Assembly (NCBI GenBank): GCA_964016885.1
Contig: OZ024741.1
Location: 101,928,001-101,992,000 of the forward strand
Length of the DNA stretch: 64,000 nucleotides
Origin: Eledone cirrhosa
Lineage: Eukaryota
Direction of reading: 5' to 3'
The notes under the pieces are model-generated. The model worked only from the letters and a program-made list of their open reading frames with translations. It was not told the DNA's origin and ran no database searches. A program made the position numbers and the translations under genes. Positions 1 through 13,965 of this stretch are shown in pieces; the stretch's first letter is position 1, and each line of letters opens with the position of its first letter.

Positions 1-1526
1 TTGAGTATCCAAATTACTTATAAATGTAACCAGGAGCATATTATTATACTAGATAAACAAATTTGTTCAAATATATAGAGAGAGTGTTATAGGTATTAGT
101 GAAACATATAATAAATAAATAATTACAATCATTATTAGTAATGTTATAATTGTAGTTTTACCTCCAGTTCAGTGGAAAGAAAGACCAATATTTGTCGACT
201 AGTATGATTTGTGACATTTATACCTAAATATATATAAAAAATATATATGTACAAATCTAACTTTCTGAATCTTAAAACATACCCTAAATGAGTAAAATAT
301 ATAAATGCATGAATGATTTACGGTTCAATTATAACCGGTAATCTTACAAGTTATATATCCAAATTATATATTTAAAACAAAGACAAATATATAAGGATCC
401 CAATCTAACTTATATATATCTAAAATAATCCAAAGGTGTGCATATTCATCAAGAGAACAAGTTAATAAATAATATGTTTATATACTTAAACAGGACCCTT
501 CAGTCTAACATTAATTCTATCATAAATGAATAGAAAATAAAACATTATTAAAGTTTTATAATCTGTTATAACGTTTTAGGTACAACAGTTGATAAGAGAC
601 GTCAAAAATTAAAACCTGCTTATTTAGTGTTTTTTCCTGACTTTTTGCGAGGCTTGGAATGTAGACAAAGCTTTATGAAGGCAGTTTGAGAATAATTCAC
701 TTTTTTTGTTAATTAAGTTTTCATAATTAGTAATTATTAATAGGATCTCCATAGTACAGAGGTTGCAGTTAGGTGATATTGACGAATTCGAGTAGAATCT
801 ACTATTTCATATTTCGTCCAAAAAATCGAGTATTTAAAAATTTTTGTCTTTTAATGATCATATAAGTTGTGATAAAGAAGTCGAAGACTTCTTATTAGGA
901 TTCGAAAAAGAGCATTTGTGATTCCCCAATCTCGATTTAAATGTCGAAGAAGTTGCCCCTATGTAGTTGTATGTGATGTTATTTGCTTTTACGGTGCATT
1001 TATACACCAGATTTCTATCCAGACAATTATTTTGCAGAGGGCAATCTGGTTTATTTCTACAATTACATTTCGATTTATTATTATTATAATTTATATTAAC
1101 ACTATTATTACTTCGAAATGTTCTACTGATAGTGCTTATATTGTTGTTAATGTTATTCGTAGTATCAATATTGTTAGTGTTATTATATTCATTATTGTTA
1201 AAAGTATGCTGATTCTGGTATAGAATTCTACTATTTAGTTTAGCGATGTTTTGGGCCATATTCATAGTGGTAGAATAAGAAAGCTTAATTGTGTGTCTAT
1301 TAAATATGGAACGGTATTTATGTTGAATAGGGAAGGAATTATCTAAAGCTTTAAAGAATAGATTAGCTAGTGGTGTTTTTATTGCTACAGAAGCAAGGGA
1401 GTGGGGGAAAACCATATAACTGATTTAGTTCTGTTTTTTTCCCCCGATTTATTCACAGTACAGGTGTTTGAATTATAATTTTAGAATTTAGTTTATACAT
1501 GCCAGTTATATTATTTATTTTTATCA
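1..1526 (-). mobile_element. Penelope-like element, 5'-truncated and degenerate (RT C-terminus, GIY-YIG, 3'UTR); runs off the window
   Basis: ORF 858-1415 has CNCRNKPDCPL..NLVYKC..YIGATSSTFKSRLGNH; after a stop it continues SLKDK...CNLCTMEI...NKKSELFSNCLH to about 624. Confidence 0.85.
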
Positions 1527-1529
1527 ACT

Positions 1530-2340
1530 AAATAGGGTTAAGAAAAATATAATTGAATTCTTTAAAATTACGACCTTAAATTAGAGGTTGAAAGTGGTAG
1601 GTACCAAAATAGTTAATTTCCTTGATGTACCCTTAACTTAAACTCTGCTTTTATTACCCTTTCCATAAGCCCAATGAAAACTTGAATTACGTTAGTTATT
1701 ACTCTAATCACCGCTAAATCTGTAAAAATTGCAATTGTACCGCATAACTAGAATATCTGCTAATAAATCCATATTTGATGAAAAAGCAGGATATTACAAT
1801 GATGCGCTAAGAAAGGCAGGTTATAAAAATAATATAGGAATATATAGACAATAATAATTTGAATCTTAATCCTGATAAAAATAATAATATGACTGGTATG
1901 TATAAAAGAAATTCTAAAATTATAATTCAAACACATGTACTGTGAATAAATCGGGGAAAAAACCCAGAACCAAATCAGTTATATGGTTTGCCATATATTT
2001 TTTTATATATATTTAGGTATAAATGTCACAAATCATACTAGTCGACAAATATTGGTCTTTCTTTCCACTGAACTGGAGGTAAAACTACAATTATAACATT
2101 ACTAATAATGATTGTAATTATTTATTTATTATATGTTTCACTAATACCTATAACACTCTCTCTATATATTGAACAAATTTGTTTATCTAGTATAATAATA
2201 TGCTCCTGGTTACATTTATAAGTAATTTGGATACTCAAATGACTCTCTATTGTTATAATTGTTAGATAGTTCCTTAATGTTCTAATTATATAACGATTAT
2301 TACTTAATTTAATTTAATTTCGGGTTCATATGAATACACC
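1530..2340 (+). mobile_element. Oppositely oriented PLE fragment of the same family (RT segment joined directly to 3'UTR)
   Basis: Frameshifted IVNFLDV..KPNENLNYV..SNH..YYNDALRKAGY. 1873-1989 is the reverse complement of 1409-1526, and 1993-2238 of 1-246. Confidence 0.8.
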
Positions 2341-2349
2341 CAATTATAT

Positions 2350-3190
2350 TTAATAATAATAATAATGAAAAATAATGAAATTATTGTGTACAGTGCTCAG
2401 GTGCACTACAACTCATCAAAGGTGCATGTATAGTACATAGAATAATGTACAAATGTCAGGAAATGAACAGTGTATGAGTCATGATATAATAATAATAACA
2501 ATAATGAAATATTGTGTACAGTGCCCAGGTGCACCATAACTCATCAAAAAAGTGCATGTACAGTACATAGGGCAATGCACAAACATCAGTAAAATGAACA
2601 GTGCACGAGTCATGATACACACATGTGTGCATGTGTATGGAAGGGGTACATCAGGTGTAGTTTTGGCGTATTTCGGGAAGCATGAGTGTCTTAAAGGATG
2701 CAGTGTCTCGGCAGCTAACAACTGACGCAGGCAGTTTGTTCCATGCTTCAGCAACTCTGAGCGTGAAAAAATGTCTACGAAAGTCATGGGAGCTGTGCTG
2801 TTTTCTGATCTTGTAGGCATGTCCACGCGTGTTAGACACATGGAGATCAAAGAGGCGCTCAGGGTTGCAATTGGCGAGATGGTTAAACATTTTGTGGGTA
2901 TTCACCAAGTCCATTGCCAGACGTCGGAGCTTCAATGAATCCATGCCCAGGGAAGCAAGGCGTTCAGTGTATGGTAGGTGTCTGATGGAGGGTATGCGCT
3001 TGGTTGCACGTCTCTGAACAGTTTCCAGGAGGTCAATGTTCTGAGCAAGATAGGAGTTCCAGACTGATGATGCGAATTCCAAGTGTGGTCGTACATAGCT
3101 GTATACAGTTTTAAATAGATGGCTGGAGAGCGGCTAACAAAGGTCTTGCTGAGTGATGCCAAGACACCCTCGGCCTTCTTGACAATCTTA
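2350..3190 (-). mobile_element. CR1/L2-type LINE 3' fragment with duplicated 3' tail
   Basis: ORFs 2932-3225 and 2651-3082: LETVQRRATKRIP, YTERL..LG, TRGHAYK, RRHFFTLRVAEAWNKLP; (TAA)n tail; two diverged tail copies at about 2371-2484 and 2499-2615. Confidence 0.85.
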
Positions 3191-3199
3191 AAATTCCGA

Positions 3200-3782
3200 T
3201 TGATGAATATTTTTAGATATTTCAATAATTCAATGAATTGAATTTTTTCCTTTTTCCTAAATCTAAGCCCAAATGTTGTTCTAATTTAATATCTCCCTAT
3301 ATTATTACACCATATAAGTTATTCCTCTGTATCACTTATCTCTCTCGCTGTAATCATCTCTCCTTTGTTTTTTAGGCTCCTACTAGCTATATTATCCCTC
3401 ATTTGTTTCTTCCTCTATACCTTTCTTCTCTTTCCTCTTTCTTTAGTAATTTAAATTATTTGAATATGTAACAGTTATATTGCTGCCATGTATTTTTTAA
3501 GCTTTCTCACACGCACCCTCTCTATTATATGTATTATATGTAGTTTTTAATTTTTTATTTTCATGTTTTCAATATAAGGTATATAAATATTGAGTTTTGT
3601 CATATATTACTCACTACCATGACTGAATCTTAACCATCTACTATGCCAGGGTATGTCATGCATCATCTTATTTTATCTGATGAGGACGTACTGTTGAAGT
3701 TAACTCAGTAACCTCTGAAATATGTATAATAAAATATACCTGATCACCAGAATATCTATTTTGTTAATATTTTGAATTAATA
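3200..3782 (+). mobile_element. Non-coding HHR-bearing repeat (PLE pseudo-LTR-like), family shared with 34200-34800
   Basis: Same HHR and same 3' end (ttaatattttgaattaat then (TA)n) as the minus copy at 34200-34800. Confidence 0.65.
3669..3736 (+). ncRNA. Type I minimal hammerhead ribozyme
   Basis: tattttat CTGATGA ggacgtactg...cagtaacctct GAAA tatgta TA ataaaata; 8-bp stem I; near-palindromic stem III. Confidence 0.8.
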
Positions 3783-3836
3783 TATATATATATATATATA
3801 CAGGGTTGATTAAATATATTAGTTAATCAGATTGAC

Positions 3837-4770
<934 letters not shown>

Positions 4771-6848
4771 TGATGGTGACTGAAAATAAACAAAGAAACT
4801 TGAAGAGGTTCTATGTCATGTGATGTATTTCAATATCCTTTTCTCTCCTGAAATCAAGCTTTCTTTCATCTGTCTCCCGCCTTTATTCAATCAATCACCA
4901 TTTTGCTTCAATTGTTTCTTGTCAATTTAATTTGTTTTTAGCTGAGTGCTCAGCCCATGATCGGATCTAATCAAATAGATCTATGATTAAAGGCGTTCCA
5001 AGCTCGTCTTTTGTTAGGACAGTAGGGTCTAATTCGTGGGACATCTGCCCCGTGGTTTTAACAAGTTAAGCGACTACGTGAAGCGCTTTTCAGATGAATG
5101 TAATTATACGAAATTGATTTTTCCGCCATGTTAGTACACCGATATTAGATAGAAATATAGAACTGCACATCAATCTGTTGAAAGTTCAATGTCATCAATC
5201 TAATCTAATCCAATCCAATCCAATCCAGGGCCGTCTCACTTCTGTTGGAGGAACCTCTCCCTGGTTGACCTCCACCACTTTCTATTTGATTTTGGTCATG
5301 CCTTCAGGGGTTTAACCGTATTCAACACACTCGGGCACTTGCGGGTTGGTGAGGTTATTTAACTCATAATTGGCAGTTGACTCTGAGGAATTCAGTTGCC
5401 CTTTTAATAACTATTGTTTTTTGTGCTGCTCACCAAACTGGTGAGGGAGCTGGTTTAGTCACCAACAACTCGGTTATGAAGCAGGTTGTTCTGGTTACAA
5501 GGTACCAGTAGTAGGTCTGTTTATTCAAAGATTGCTTCATCATCTTCGAAATTTAAGGGGAAAATATAAAAATAAATAGGGATATTATATAGATATTTAA
5601 TGAAATCCATAAAGCAGGAAAGACGATAACGGTTTCAGAGATAAATATTTAGAATATGAGTTTAAAAACCTGGTATTTTATTTTGTCAACCCCGGAAGTA
5701 TGATAGGGAGACCCGAGCAAAATTTGAACTGGAGGATCTTTTAAGTTATGCAATGGGATGCCGAGAGGATATGGCGGGGGTGATAAATTTTGGTATATTT
5801 GGATTTTCTTCTAGTTACTAAAAGTGATATATAAAGATTTCAAGAGGTTTTCAAGGAAACTGACTCCCAGTTTCAAAGTAAGGCTAAAATTCAAGGGGAA
5901 GGAGAGAGAAAGAGAGAGAGAGAGAATTAGTTATTTGTAGAGATAAACATGAAATTAATTAAATAAATAAAAGAAAATATTAGTCTTTGGTAATTGATAG
6001 AATAACCAAACACGGTATCCAACGATGTAAAATATTTAAGCAAATCCATACGTAAGATACCAAAGATTACTATTTCCAATATAACTTTAAAAATACGTTT
6101 AAAAATTCGAAGAGTCTCGGTCAATTGCATACACAGTAATAGAGAGGTTTAAAAAAAAATTATTTATTCGGTATGAAAATTAAATGATAATATGGCAACC
6201 AATACTTTCAGATCCAGTCCGCCAATGTATATATATCAATTATATTATATATAAAAAATGTCTTTTTTTGCTGGACAAAAGCAAATTGTGTGTGTACTTT
6301 GTGATCAACACATCTGAATGAAAGGATAAAATATAAAGATACATCATAAAACTTAGACAAGTAATTAAACATATTAAACTTAAACCACATCTTAATTTGG
6401 TGGGATATACAGTTCCCCAAGCATGGTTTCTGAAATCGAGAAACAATATTGTTTCTCGATTCTAGAACCATGGTTGGAGAACTATATCTATATCTAGTTC
6501 GGAAGATTCACGTATTTCAGATACTAAGCTATTTTATCTTTTGGTCGACCCAGCCGATACTCTATATGCAAATGTGGCTGATCGGCCCATGTACATAGAC
6601 TTCTAAACTATATCTTTTCGCTTATGTTCCAGCAACGAGGTTAATAGCAACCAGAGTCAGAAATGATGAAGTCATCATCGCTACTTACCCGTACTTAGCT
6701 TCTGCTGGAACACACTAGATGGCACTACGCCATCAGTTTTCAAATTCATAGCTGAAGGCTTTCAAAATGTTTATTTATAAACACACCGTATATCGCTAGA
6801 TTTACAAATTCACGTATTTCATATTTAAAGCTATGTTAGAGTTAATGC

Positions 6849-6996
<148 letters not shown>

Positions 6997-7090
6997 TAAA
7001 ATAACAGATTAAAGTTTAAGCAGAGAATCGCTGCTTTCACCCTTAACGGGATCTTCCTTCGGTTGAGCACTCTACTGACTTATATTCATC

Positions 7091-9221
7091 ATGCAGAAAC
7101 AACATCTGAATATTTCTACAAAGAACATACCCGTACCAAGCAGGAAAACATACCTAAAACTCCTGATACAGAAAACAGACGCGTTCATTAAAAGGTTGAG
7201 TTGGCGTGCCTTTTATTTCGATAATCCGCGAAAAGCAGACAACAAACGGGATAAATTTGGATTTAAAACTTATAATAACCCTCCGTGGAACCCAGCATTG
7301 CTACCCTTCGAAAATGATATCTTGGAACTCATTCGGAATATCAAATTTCGGAATAGGAGCAATTCCTTCCAGCAAGACCTGAAGAATAGAATTCGTTCTA
7401 TTAAGGATTCTAACGCCGTGCACGTCCATTCCGACAAAACTGGCAACCTATATCAAGTGGAGCGCAGTACTTACCATCAACTACTACATAATGCTGTAAC
7501 TAAGGATTACCGTAAAACTAATCGGTGCGTCATCAATGAAATCAACGATGCTGGGTTTAAAATCACATCCGATCTCAACATCCTGGACCGGACCGAACCT
7601 CTGGACCCTATCTCTCCCCACTTTACCCTGAAGGATCACAGATCCAATTTTCCGAACAACCCCTCTATTCGGCTTATTAACCCTACGAAGTCCGATTTAG
7701 GTAGACTTAGTAAAACGATTCTTGATAGAATTATACCTGAAATTAGAAGTTTGGCCCCTCTCGCACTGTGGAACAATTCTTTCGCGGTGATTGATTGGTT
7801 CAACGGCATATGTAACAAGGAACATTGCCGTTTTATCCAATTCGACATCAACAATTACTACTCCTCCATCACTTTACCACTTCTCCTCAGAGCTATCAAT
7901 TTCGCTAAAACACTCACAGTGGTTAAGGATTTTGAAGTTGATGTCATCCTTAATGCCCGAAAGTCGGTGATTAATTTCGACGACTCTATTTGGATTAAAA
8001 AATCCAATAGTACCCCATTCGACGTGAGTATGGGCGCCAGTGACTCTGCGGAGGTTACTGATCTTATTGGCCTTTTCCTTTTTTTCTCTATCAAGGACGA
8101 ATTCCCCAACGCGGGCGGTGGTTTGTACCGTGACGATGGTCTTTTGACCATGACTAAGTGCGGACTTCGTGCTTGCGACAGGTTCAGAAAAGAACTCACA
8201 GCCTTCTTTAAAGGCTTCAACCTCTCTATACAGGTTGAGGCCAATCTCTCGGTCGTTAATTACCTCGACGTTACCCTCAATTTATTGAATGCGTTGTATT
8301 ACCCGTATAGAAAGCCGAATGATACGCTTAATTACATAAGTAAGCATTCCAACCATCCTGCCAGCATAACCAAGAACCTGGTAAGAAACGTTTCGTTGAG
8401 GCTTTCCCGTCTTTCCACCAACGAGCGCATTTTCAACGACCATTCCACATATTACAATGAAGCTCTTGCTCGAAGTGGATTTGTCGATAAGGTAGCATAT
8501 ACAGAGTATGAAAATAGACCTAGAAGAAATAGATGCCGTTGCATTTGTTGGTTTAACCCACCATATAATATGGAGGTGGCCACACCATTAACTAAGATCT
8601 TTCTTTCCCTTATTACGAAGCATTTTTCCCCTACACATAAATATAGTAAACATTTTTAATAGAAATACTATTAAAATTTCTTACTCTACGACTCCTAACC
8701 TTGCACATAACATCACAGCTTCAAATTTAGCTAAACTACCTAGCCGTAGGAACACGTACAACCCTGTAGTTAGTACTAAGTGTAATTGTAAGAATCGGGC
8801 TGATTGCCCCCTATCCGGGAAATGCCTCTCTAGTAACATTGTCTACAAATGTAAGGTTGTAACACCCACGTTCCGTAGGGCCTACATAGGGTTAACCGCC
8901 AATAGTTTCAAGCAGCGTCTTTACATGCATACCCATTCTTTTCGTTACCCTCTAAGAAGGAATATGACGTCACTTTCAGCTTATATCTGGAGTCTAAAAG
9001 ACAACTACACCCAATATAAGTTACACTGGGAGATCCTAGCTAGGGCTAGATCGTATAACGGAAATAAAAGACCATGTGACCTCTGCGCCGCTGAGGCCCT
9101 GGAAATACTCTACGCCACAGACCACATCTTAAACAAAAAATCTGAGGCAATTTCGGCTTGTAAACATAAATTGCACAAAACTTTCCTGTATTACAGCCCC
9201 ACGTTATACCCTAACGGATAG
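7091..9221 (+). pseudogene. PLE reverse transcriptase + GIY-YIG endonuclease, about 709 aa, one +1 frameshift near 8652
   Basis: RT motifs FIQFDI, MGASDSAEVTDL, YRDDGL, YLDVTL. The shifted frame reads FNRNTIK...CNCKNRADCPLSGKCL..IVYKC..AYIGLT..FKQR. Copy 2 reads KLFNRNT without the extra base. Confidence 0.9.
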
Positions 9222-10130
9222 CACGATCTATACGTGGATATTTTACGTCTTGATGTGGGAGCTAAGTATATGTTTTGTTTATTCCTTTACTTATTTGCAT
9301 AGGTAAGTATATATTACCCATATGTTTTGTGAAGGTATGTATACCTTCTCGTACGTATATTTGACTGTTATGGCGTATCATTTTTACATATTCTGGTATT
9401 TAGGGTTTGGCTATGTGTATACGGGAGTTTTGCGTCCGAGTGAGTATGCAGGTTCGTACGTATGGTGGGTGTGTGTATATGTGTACTTCTTGTTTTAGTT
9501 GACTTACGTCTCCGAACATTCGTGTATTTATATGTAGGTATGTGTGTGCGCTTGTTATATACGGATTTATTTACTTATATACGTTTATATAATTATTTAT
9601 TTATTTGTACACAAGCATACACACACACACATATTTATATGTGCGTGGTTTTGTATACCTATGGTAAGGTTTTGCGTATGCTTGTGTATGTACGTATCTG
9701 TTTGCGTGTATGTATTTATTTGTTTCTATTACTTCTGTATTGTATTTATTTACTTTGTTCTTAACTCTGTAGCGGAGATTCATTTGGTCTCCTAGTTAGA
9801 ATTTTAGTCTACGACTTCTGCTATACCATTTACGTGGTTTTGTCTTTGCGTGCTTTTGTTCTCCACGCTCCACATATGACTTATTATCTTCGTTTTTTCG
9901 TTCATGCACCACCTAAGAGAACATTAGTCTACGACCTCTTTTATACCATAAACGTGGTTTTGTCTTTGCGCGTAATTGTTTTTCACCGCTCCTATTAATG
10001 ACGTATTATTCGTTTTTTCCCGTTCTTTGCCAGGGAACGTTACCACGAACCAAAGTATCGTCTTCCTGTCTTCCTCCGGTTGCAACGTTTTTTGAAATAT
10101 CCAGTTCTGCGTTTACAGATTGACTTTGTT

Positions 10131-10181
10131 AGTTTCAGAAGATCCCGTTAAGGGTGAAAGCAGCGATTCTTTGCTTAAACT
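10131..10181 (+). ncRNA. Type I hammerhead ribozyme variant (core CAGAAGA) in the family A pLTR
   Basis: agttt CAGAAGA t ccc gttaa ggg t GAAA gcag cgattct ttgc TT aaact; all three stems pair. Confidence 0.75.
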
Positions 10182-10356
10182 TTAATCTGTTATTTTAATA
10201 AATATTTGCTCTACGGTTCTTATATATTTGATATATATTTTCCCTCTTTGGATTTTAGTCTTCAATTTTATTATTATTACTATATATATATATATATATT
10301 ATATATTTGATATATATTATCCCTCTTTGGATTTTAGTCTTCAATTTTATTATTAT

Positions 10357-10404
<48 letters not shown>

Positions 10405-10625
10405 ACAGGGGGAAGAAAAAATGGCTTCACTTGTGCTTTCAATAAATTTATTTTCTTCACAAAATCCCAAAAGAATTTTTTTCCGGATTATAAAAATTTT
10501 TTTTCTTAAAAAAAATTATTTTATAAATTAAGTTGTTGGTTGTTGGTTAGGTCTTAGGAGTTCTTGGTTAACGTAGGAGGTATTGTTTCGTTTTTAGAAC
10601 GACCTTTCACGCTGAGGTGTATATA

Positions 10626-10726
<101 letters not shown>

Positions 10727-10745
10727 TTGTATATATATATATATT

Positions 10746-10814
<69 letters not shown>

Positions 10815-10842
10815 GTATATATATACATATATATATATATAT

Positions 10843-11567
10843 AATGGAAAAATTTGAACAGGGACAAAACAGAGAGGCAGTACAACAAATGTTTATTAAT
10901 TTCACGCTCTGGAGAGTGGGGTGTTGGTGGGGGACGACGTTTCGGGCATAAGCCCTTCCTCAGGTGGGAAGTGTGTGGGAACAGAGTTCAAAGGGTGTGT
11001 AGGGGAGTGGTGGAGAGACATATAGCGAAAGGAAACGGTGCGAATGAAAAAATAAAAAATAAAGATAAAAATAAAAATAAAGCATGATCAAAATACAAGG
11101 AATGAGATAAATTTAAAAATAAAGGCATGATCAAAATAAACTGAAATTAAAAGGGGGTTAAACAGGTGGTGGAAGGGTGTGGGGTGTGTAGGGGTGGTGG
11201 CGGGTGGAGTGGGGAGAGGGAGACGGGGTGTCCGAGCGGGGAGAGCTGAAGGTGGTGTGTGTGTGTAGGTGTGCGTGTGTGTGTGTGTGTGTGTGTATGT
11301 GAAAGTAAGGGTTGAGGGAAGAACGGGGTTGCATGTTCAGGAAGAGGTGTGTGTGTGTGTGGGGGGGGAGTTGTGGGTCGGAGTGTCTGTGCGTGTGTGG
11401 ATAGAGGGGTGGGGGGAGAGGAATCAGGAGGCTGAGGGTGTAGATATGTGGTGGAAAGCACGTGTGTGGGGTTTAAGCGTGTTGTGGGTGTAGGTGGCGT
11501 GTGGAGAAAAACATTTTTTTTGGGGTGTGTGTGGGTGAGTTATATAGGTGGTTACGTAAGAGGATGG

Positions 11568-11570
<3 letters not shown>
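10843..11570 (-). mobile_element. Non-coding HHR-bearing repeat with C/A-rich body, between (TA)n arrays
   Basis: HHR at 10934-10966 followed by AATAAA on the minus strand, then (TA)n. Confidence 0.55.
10934..10966 (-). ncRNA. Minimal hammerhead ribozyme (dimer type)
   Basis: ac CTGAGGA agggc ttat gccc GAAAC GTC gt; stem III reduced to palindromic ACGT; stem I only 2 bp. Confidence 0.65.
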
Positions 11571-11610
<40 letters not shown>

Positions 11611-11829
11611 ACCTTTCTGTACTTTTAGTTGTTGTAGTATTAATGTGGTAACATGCCTCTGGTCCCATTTTTCATTGTGTCACTATTACCTCACTTATTG
11701 TGTTTACTCCGAGGGTAATTTATAGATTGCTCTCTCATTGAGTGCTATGTGACAGCCTTCGAAATCGGATGCGAATCTGCTACTCGCAGCTGTAACTTCG
11801 TTTATACTCATTAGTAATATATATATATA

Positions 11830-12348
11830 TGATGGCTGTAAACTCTGCTAAGAGTATTGCTATCGCTCGTCAGATTACAGTAAATGGTGCACTTTTAGGC
11901 TACGGCCAGCCACACGAACCTGTAACAGATCCTGAACAAGCAATGCTTGTGCTTTGAAGGTTTTTTAAGCGGGGAAAAGCCTTGCACTCGACCAATCCCA
12001 CTCTCTGAGCATTTAAAACACTACCCGAAAAGGAGAATTGGTCAACATCATCGGATGCTTCCGAAGCCACAGTTTTCTTTCAGAGTTTCGCTCTCTTAGA
12101 AAGGTGTTGTGACATCAACTGGGGGCCTTTCACTCCCAGGTGAGAAAAAAAAGTGCTATTTGGATTGCCGTTGACTCTGCTGAGTTCCTCCGCTCTTTTC
12201 CGGGTCTTCTATTTCATCCCGCAGGGTGTCCAAATATCACCCTCCTCACAAAGCAAGCTTGGTGGGGTTGCCGGTTTAGTCGCCGACGACCCGATCATGA
12301 GACATGTACTGGGTTACATGTTACCAGTAGCACGAGAGCGACCTGACA
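11830..12348 (+). mobile_element. Non-autonomous retro-repeat (RTE-UTR-like)
   Basis: 12167-12348 matches the reverse complement of 15266-15456 and more weakly 5425-5512 (ttagtcgccgacgacccga...gggttacatgttaccagtagcac). Confidence 0.6.
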
Positions 12349-12459
12349 CGTGTATATATATATATGATACTAATGAGTATAGTCGAAGTTTTATATATAT
12401 ATATATATATATTACTATCTATCCATTTCACCAATCTTTCTCTCCCTCCCCCTCTCCAC

Positions 12460-12720
12460 CTATGTCATGTGAAAGAAGCTCTATGGAGGACACGTCTAAA
12501 AAATTTGTGGACAGAAATCTTCGTCTTCGGCCAAGCCTTCATCAACTTCTTAAGTACCACATGAAGGAGAATGTAAGGGTAGAGAGGGATGTTTTACCAT
12601 CTAGTCTGTTTAATGAAAGATAAGTAAGAACGGCGAGATTGACGAGCAGGAAAGATACCGAGAGAGGTTACTTTCAATGTTCTTGTTGTGACAGACTCAT
12701 CCAGAGATTTGTGTGGGGAA
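12460..12720 (+). mobile_element. L1/Tx1-like LINE 3' fragment
   Basis: VKEALWRTR..FGQAFINF..YHMK..RVER..L; homologous to 31790-32260 and 25400-26030. Confidence 0.6.
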
Positions 12721-12811
12721 TCTTTTGGAATTACCCTAAAGTGTAGTCCCCTCCTATTGGGAAAATTTTCCCAGTCGACATTTATTGTTTCGTATTATTG
12801 TTATGCTTAGA

Positions 12812-12997
12812 GGGTAGTGGATTGGCAGTATCGGTGGAGGGTCGGACGCCATGATTTGCAGTACAGGGTTACGGCTTTTACGTTCTGAGTTCAAATCCCG
12901 CCGAGGTTAACTTTGCCTTTGATCCTTAAGGAGTCGGTGAAATAAAGTACCAGTAATAATAATTGCTGGCCTTGTTCCCAAAATAGAAACAATTATT
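12812..12997 (+). mobile_element. tRNA-derived SINE (Nin/Deu-domain-like), major family
   Basis: B-box gagttcaaatcc followed by gccgaggttaactttgccttt..gtaccag..gaaacaattatt. Confidence 0.85.
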
Positions 12998-13446
12998 GAA
13001 CCAGTTCCAGCAATTCTTGCTTTTAATTCAGCCTTCTGCCTTCCACCAGTTGTGAAAACGGCCCCTTATATCCTTGAAATTCGCCACCATCTTCAGTGCA
13101 AATCTACTTACACGCTAAGGACAGTGCACAGGCTAGCTCAAGCGGACGAGTGTCTCAATCTTCGCAGACTGATTTTCATTCCTTCTGATATAAAAACATA
13201 CGGGATTTTTATGGCTTGAACGCTTTTAATGTCAGATTCACTTGATCAGAGTTAATCTGCGCGTGGCCTAGTGGTTTGCGTTTTTGACTCATGATAATAA
13301 GGTCATGGGTTCGATTCTTGTACCGGATGGTATGTTGTGTTCTTAAGCTAAATACTATATTTCATGTTACTCCTTCTACCAGTTATGTCGGTAGCAAGAA
13401 CAACGACGAAAAAATACTATCATACCGACCCCCCACCATACTTGAT
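12968..13446 (+). repeat. Dispersed duplication, near-identical to 21811-22289
   Basis: About 480 bp with only a handful of differences. Confidence 0.9.
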
Positions 13447-13879
13447 CCTTTTTGCTATTGTTGTTATTGAATGCCCAGTTATTAATGCCTCTGAGTTGTA
13501 CTATGTGTATGTATGCCACACATTTTGAAAGTTCTGACAATAATAAATAATCCTATTTCCTATCTAATGATATTGGTAAAAGAAAAGCTGATAGCAGCAA
13601 CGAAATGTTTTATGTGGCCACAAAAAATATCCTGGTTTGCAAAGCTATTAAAAATAATATATTCGTAATATCTCATTATTTCTGCCAGGGACTGCGACCG
13701 GCAGATAGTTTCAACAACTGAAAGACTCGTAGAAACATTATTTTCTTGGACCGATCTGACGATCCAGCTCCTTTTCTTTCTTTTTTGATTATTTGTGAAC
13801 AAGGTTTTAATAAAAACACTTCAACCCCTCGTATTCAATGATTATAGCTGTAATAAAATTTCGTTTATACTCACGATAC

Positions 13880-13965
<86 letters not shown>

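Noticed and set aside
13262-13325. tRNA gene
   Set aside because: A/B-box SINE head without a complete cloverleaf.
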